Of a stretch of DNA of 64,000 nucleotides, positions 59,524-64,000 are shown one piece after another. The stretch is from NCBI GenBank assembly GCA_044892505.1, contig CM097884.1, positions 70,680,001 to 70,744,000 of the forward strand. Reading direction: 5' to 3'. The position numbers and the translations under genes were made by a program. This DNA comes from Schmidtea nova. Lineage: Eukaryota. Position 1 is the first letter of the stretch, and every line of letters begins with the position of its first letter. Below the pieces are notes generated by a model that was not told where the DNA came from, made no database searches, and saw only the letters and a list, made by a program, of their open reading frames with translations.

Positions 59524-62500
59524 GTTGTTGCATTAGAAGCATTTGAATTGGAATATGAATGCGATCATATAATTCCCTTAAAAGTTAACATCAAAAGTGA
59601 GGACACTTTTATTTTTGAGCCAGAAACGGCAATTATACAAAATCAGAATATAATGCTAACCAATGAATGCGTAATTCCGAAGAAGGGAATAATACCATTG
59701 AGAATAGCAAATTATGAAAAAGGTAATGTTAAAATACACAAAGGTACGAAATTGGGAAAATTATTCAAAGGTGAATTAGAAAAAACGTACGAAGTCAGTG
59801 AGATAAGCGTGATGAAGGATAACGGCAAGGGAGTAGTCGAACCTAGTAAGATAAATAATATAAAATCATATGATAAGGTAAAAATTAATAATGAATACTT
59901 AACATTAACACAACAAGCACAACTACAAATATTGATAGATAAATATAGTGATGTTTTTGCAAAACATGAATTTGATCTAGGAGATACCGATATAATCAAA
60001 CATGTAATAGATACAGGTAATGCGAGACCAATCAAACAAAGACCATACAGCGTACCATATAAGTTAAGAGAGGAAATAAAACGACAAATAAAAGAACTAA
60101 ACGATGCAGGTGTAATAAAACAGAGTTTTTCACAGTGGGCATCACCCATTGTACCCGTTAAAAAGAAAGATGGAGAAATAAGAATGTGCATCGATTATCG
60201 CAAATTAAATGATGTAACAGTAAAAGACTCATACCCTTTCCCAAAAGCACAAGAGCAATACGATAAACTTAGGGATGCTAAGTATTTTTCAGTCATTGAT
60301 GCCAATAAGGGGTATATGCAAATTCAAATGGAAGAAGGGGATGCGGAAAAAACAGCATTTGTTATTGAGGATGGTTTATATGAGTACACACGACTACCTT
60401 TTGGATTAACTAACGCACCAGCTACATTTCAGCGTTTAATGAACACAATATTAGTAAATGTACAACACTGCGCAGTTTATATGGATGATATATTAATATC
60501 ATCAAAAACATTTGAGGAACATTTAAAGGATATAACAAATGTACTTGAGAGACTAAGAAAAGCAAGGATAAAAATTAAACCAACCAAATGTAAATGGGCA
60601 GAACCATCAGCATTATTTTTGGGGCATATAGTTACAGTTGAAGGGATAAAACCAAATCCAGAAAAAATAGAAGTCGTAAAAAAGTTCCCGATACCAAAAA
60701 CAGTGCAACAAGTACAAGGGTTTTTAGGTTTAACAGGCTATTACCGTAAATTTATACAAGATTATGCAAAGATAGCATCACCTATAATAGAACTAACAAA
60801 GGGAATTAAAACAAAAGGGGAATGCAAAGATGTGTTAATAGTCCAAGAAATTAACAATAAAGTTAACAAGATACAAAAGAAGTGGACAAAAGAACATCAG
60901 GAAGCATTCGATAAACTAAAAGAAAGATTGATAACAGCACCAGTGTTAAGGTACCCAGACTTCGAAAAACACTTTATAGTAATGACGGATGCCAGCGGGA
61001 AAGCCGTAGGAGCAGTCTTAGGTCAAGAGGAAGAGAAAGGGAAAGATTACGTAATAGCATATGCTAGCAAAACATTAAAAGGAGCACAGCTGAGGTATTC
61101 AACAATAGAGAAAGAATGTTACGCAATAGTATTTGCCCTAAAACAATTCAAACCATACATATATGGAACTGAAGTAATAATAAGAACGGACCATAAACCA
61201 TTAGAAGGCTTATGGAAACATAAGGATACATCAAGTAGACTACTAAAATGGGCAATGAAAATACAAGACATTCACTTGAAAATTATATATAAACCAGGTA
61301 GAATAAATAAAAACGCAGATGCACTGTCAAGAATACCAGAATTAGGAGCACTTGAAATATTTGCACTAGTAGCAGAAAAGCCAATCGATATATATGAGGA
61401 ACAGATGAAAGACCTAGAAATCAGCAGAATAAGAAATGAAATCAGAAAGGAAAGTAATTCAAAGTATAAAATATCAAAGAGATTAGTAGTAATAGAGGAT
61501 TTCAGTGGTAAACAATTAATAGTAGTACCTCAAAAATTAAGACAAATACTTCTATTACAATATCACGATGGAGCATTAGGAGGTCACTTATCATCTAGAA
61601 AAACAGCAAGTAGATTATTACAAAAATATTACTGGGAAGAGTTAAAGAAAGATGTTAAGAGATGGTGTAATGCGTGTACAATATGTGCAACAAGAAAAAA
61701 TACAGGTACTAAAACAAAAGCGCCGTTACATCCTATTCCAGCAACAACATCACCAATGGAACTATGTGCAATGGACTTCCTATGTAAATTACCTACTACA
61801 ATTAATGGGAATAAACATATACTAGTATTTAGTGATTATTTTACTAGATGGGCAGAAGCATTCCCAACAAAAGATGAAACAGCAGAAACCGTTGCTAAAT
61901 TACTCATAGAAAAAATAATTTTTAAGATAGGTACACCTAAAAGATTATTAACAGATAAAGGAACAAATTTTACTAGCGAATTAATAAAAAGGGTAGCTAA
62001 CATTTTTAACATGCAAAAGATCAACACAACAGCGTATCACCCTCAAACTGATGGGCTAGTAGAAAGGTTTAACGGGACATTATTAAGCAGACTAGCGGTC
62101 TTTGTAGGCAAAAATCAAAATGATTGGGACGAATACGTAAGTCAATGCACATACATCCATAATATCACTCCAAATGAAACAACAGGGTATTCACCGTATT
62201 ACTTAATGTTCTTAAGAGAACCAGCAACACCAATAGATACAATTTTTGAACCTCGAGTATCACAATATTTAGACGCACCAGACTATGTCACACTAATGCA
62301 GGAAAAACTGCAAGAAGTGTATAAAGTAGCTAATTTAAAAGTCAAATTTAGACAAGAACAGTACAAAGCCGACTATGACAAAAATAGTAAACCACATAAC
62401 TTTAAAGTAGGTGATAAGGTTAGACTTATGTCACCACAAGTAGGAAAAGGAAAAACAACAAAGCTAGCAAGACCATATAAAGGTCCATACGAAGTAGTTA

Positions 62501-63420
62501 AAGTAATAAATGAGAATCTACACCTACAAAAGCATAAGAATGAGGATCCAATAGTAGTACATGTTAACAGATGCAAATTAGCAGAGGCAGAGGTCACGAT
62601 AGATAAACCTCACAAGTATAATCTTAGGTCTCAGAACAAGCTAATAATATCGGCTATCTTCTTAACAATCATAACAGTTGTTGGTTCAACCAAAACACTA
62701 GAATTTGACAAATTATTAATAAAAATATCAACAAACGAAGTCAGAGTATTTATCATAAACAGGGGAGTAATCGACATATACATGCAAACAACAGATAAAG
62801 AAAATCCAAAGATGATAAAAAGAAAAGAGGACAGTACAACCAAGGAAATCGAAAGAGGAAACTATGTTAACTTCACAAAACTAACACCTAATACAATATA
62901 CAGAATCTGCATACAGAGAGACACAGATACAACAATATGGAGATGCAAGAGAATAAAAACAGAACAACTACCCAAAGATCCAAGTATAACAAAAAAGACG
63001 ACAATAACACCAGATAGAACAGAAAGCACAAGAACAAAGACAACGACAACAAACAATTTATTAAATATCACTGCACATATAGACAAAAAAACAACATACA
63101 CTAGAATAACAAAATTCCAAAAACAACAACAAAAACAAAAATATATCAAAATAAAACAAGGAAAACCAATAGTTATACATAACTTAGAGGAATTACAAGC
63201 ATTTCAAAAAAAGGATAAAAAGCCACATTGGCCATATTATGTAATCACAGCATCGGTAATAACATTAGCAGTCTTAGCTTTAGTAACTAGCACACAAATA
63301 TACAAAAAGTACAAATGGAAAAGGCAGCGGTATCGGAGCCGACTGGTCAAAGATGTACCAGGACATTTCCATTTGGGTAAATACATACCTGGCATATACA
63401 CATTATCAACACAAGTATGA
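59524..63420 (+). CDS. pol: Pol: RT, RNase H, integrase, plus a C-terminal membrane-protein extension
   Basis: WASPIVPVKKKDGEIRMCIDYRKLN, LPFGLTNAPATFQ, YMDD (60478), TDASGKAVGAVL, TDHKPL, HHCC finger, MDFL/TDKG/VERFN, GPY motif. Frame stays open ~265 aa past the integrase. Confidence 0.96.
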   Translation, partial: VVALEAFELEYECDHIIPLKVNIKSEDTFIFEPETAIIQNQNIMLTNECVIPKKGIIPLRIANYEKGNVKIHKGTKLGKLFKGELEKTYEVSEISVMKDNGKGVVEPSKINNIKSYDKVKINNEYLTLTQQAQLQILIDKYSDVFAKHEFDLGDTDIIKHVIDTGNARPIKQRPYSVPYKLREEIKRQIKELNDAGVIKQSFSQWASPIVPVKKKDGEIRMCIDYRKLNDVTVKDSYPFPKAQEQYDKLRDAKYFSVIDANKGYMQIQMEEGDAEKTAFVIEDGLYEYTRLPFGLTNAPATFQRLMNTILVNVQHCAVYMDDILISSKTFEEHLKDITNVLERLRKARIKIKPTKCKWAEPSALFLGHIVTVEGIKPNPEKIEVVKKFPIPKTVQQVQGFLGLTGYYRKFIQDYAKIASPIIELTKGIKTKGECKDVLIVQEINNKVNKIQKKWTKEHQEAFDKLKERLITAPVLRYPDFEKHFIVMTDASGKAVGAVLGQEEEKGKDYVIAYASKTLKGAQLRYSTIEKECYAIVFALKQFKPYIYGTEVIIRTDHKPLEGLWKHKDTSSRLLKWAMKIQDIHLKIIYKPGRINKNADALSRIPELGALEIFALVAEKPIDIYEEQMKDLEISRIRNEIRKESNSKYKISKRLVVIEDFSGKQLIVVPQKLRQILLLQYHDGALGGHLSSRKTASRLLQKYYWEELKKDVKRWCNACTICATRKNTGTKTKAPLHPIPATTSPMELCAMDFLCKLPTTINGNKHILVFSDYFTRWAEAFPTKDETAETVAKLLIEKIIFKIGTPKRLLTDKGTNFTSELIKRVANIFNMQKINTTAYHPQTDGLVERFNGTLLSRLAVFVGKNQNDWDEYVSQCTYIHNITPNETTGYSPYYLMFLREPATPIDTIFEPRVSQYLDAPDYVTLMQEKLQEVYKVANLKVKFRQEQYKADYDKNSKPHNFKVGDKVRLMSPQVGKGKTTKLARPYKGPYEVVKVINENLHLQKHKNEDPIVVHVNRCKLAEAEVTIDKPHKYNLRSQNKLIISAIFLTIITVVGSTKTLEFDKLLIKISTNEVRVFIINRGVIDIYMQTTDKENPKMIKRKEDSTTKEIERGNYVNFTKLTPNTIYRICIQRDTDTTIWRCKRIKTEQLPKDPSITKKTTITPDRTESTRTKTTTTNNLLNITAHIDKKTTYTRITKFQKQQQKQKYIKIKQGKPIVIHNLEELQAFQKKDKKPHWPYYVITASVITLAVLALVTSTQIYKKYKWKRQRYRSRLVKDVPGHFHLGKYIPGIYTLSTQV

Positions 63421-63541
63421 TATAAATTGGTCAATAATATTTATTAAAATTATATATATGTATATCTATATTTTGGTGTATGAGGGAAAACCAGCATTAC
63501 ACTTCAAACTTAAAATTATTTATTTAATTTGTAGAAAGAAA

Positions 63542-64000
63542 ATGTACAATAGCAATCAACCCGACAGACAATCAAATAGACAATTCAGTCAGCACCCAAA
63601 CAAACAATTCAAACAACACAACCAACCCAATCGTCAACACCCATACAAACAAAGTCAATCTCACAATAAATCGTTTGAAAAGTACGATCAAATGTTCAAA
63701 CAAAACGAGCAACCCGCATCTTATCAAAAATACACCTGTTTTATAAACAAACTGGGAAACAGTTTTTATAAAAATATCCAAAACAAAATCAGTACAGACG
63801 GACAACCTATCACCATAAGAAATTTCCCTAACCAAGTCTGCATACCCAATGAAATGAAGACAGACATCGAAGAGAGAGAAATGAGTATAATCAAATTTAA
63901 TGATGCTCGAAGAGTCAAACTCCGAGAACTCATTGGAAGTTTCGATCAATATAAAAATGTGGATAAAGCGGTGGCAGAAGGTAAAAAAGTACCCCACCAG
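63542..64000 (+). CDS. Additional ORF downstream of pol, 3'-truncated by the window (at least 153 aa)
   Basis: ATG at 63542, no stop to the window end (hence absent from the ORF track): MYNSNQPDRQSNRQFSQHPNKQ...AEGKKVPHQ. Confidence 0.7.
   Translation, partial: MYNSNQPDRQSNRQFSQHPNKQFKQHNQPNRQHPYKQSQSHNKSFEKYDQMFKQNEQPASYQKYTCFINKLGNSFYKNIQNKISTDGQPITIRNFPNQVCIPNEMKTDIEEREMSIIKFNDARRVKLRELIGSFDQYKNVDKAVAEGKKVPHQ

Larger units (their letters stand above)
53028..64000 (+). mobile_element. Giant Ty3/Gypsy LTR retrotransposon with envelope and accessory domains, 3' end outside the window
   Basis: LTR end, PBS, gag, env-like ORF, PR-RT-RH-IN order, extra ORF. Strongly A-rich sense strand throughout. 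Confidence 0.93.

Noticed and set aside
54512-63997. Many minus-strand and alternate-frame ORFs over the retroelement (for example 56516-57070, 59712-60191, 55003-55329, 63572-63997)
   Set aside because: Shadows of the very A-rich sense coding strand, giving hydrophobic F/L/I/S peptides with no motifs.

Overview
AT-rich eukaryotic (invertebrate) genomic window with six assembly gaps. The composition, ~50-bp minimal introns and TE spectrum suggest a flatworm such as a planarian, but that is inference only. One host gene is present: a complete 14-exon cullin-1 homologue (8132-45544, +, 822 aa by my manual splice reconstruction). Its long introns hold many DNA-transposon relics and MITEs, a solo LTR and a Penelope fragment. 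Upstream lie an intact MULE transposase ORF and a Tigger relic. The last ~11 kb is the 5' part of a giant Ty3/Gypsy-type LTR retrotransposon with a very unusual coding layout: LTR end and PBS, Gag with zinc knuckle, ubiquitin-like domain, AT-hook, Bcl-2-like domain, hydrophobic anchor/signal, ~610-aa viral-type envelope protein placed BEFORE pol, then PR-RT-RNaseH-IN, a fused signal/FN3-like/Thr-rich/TM membrane module, and a further ORF that runs off the window. This copy carries three in-frame stops and one frame change. A second, unclassified element family with a conserved small ORF occurs in opposite orientations on both sides of the cullin gene. All domain calls come from motif recognition by eye; no searches were run.
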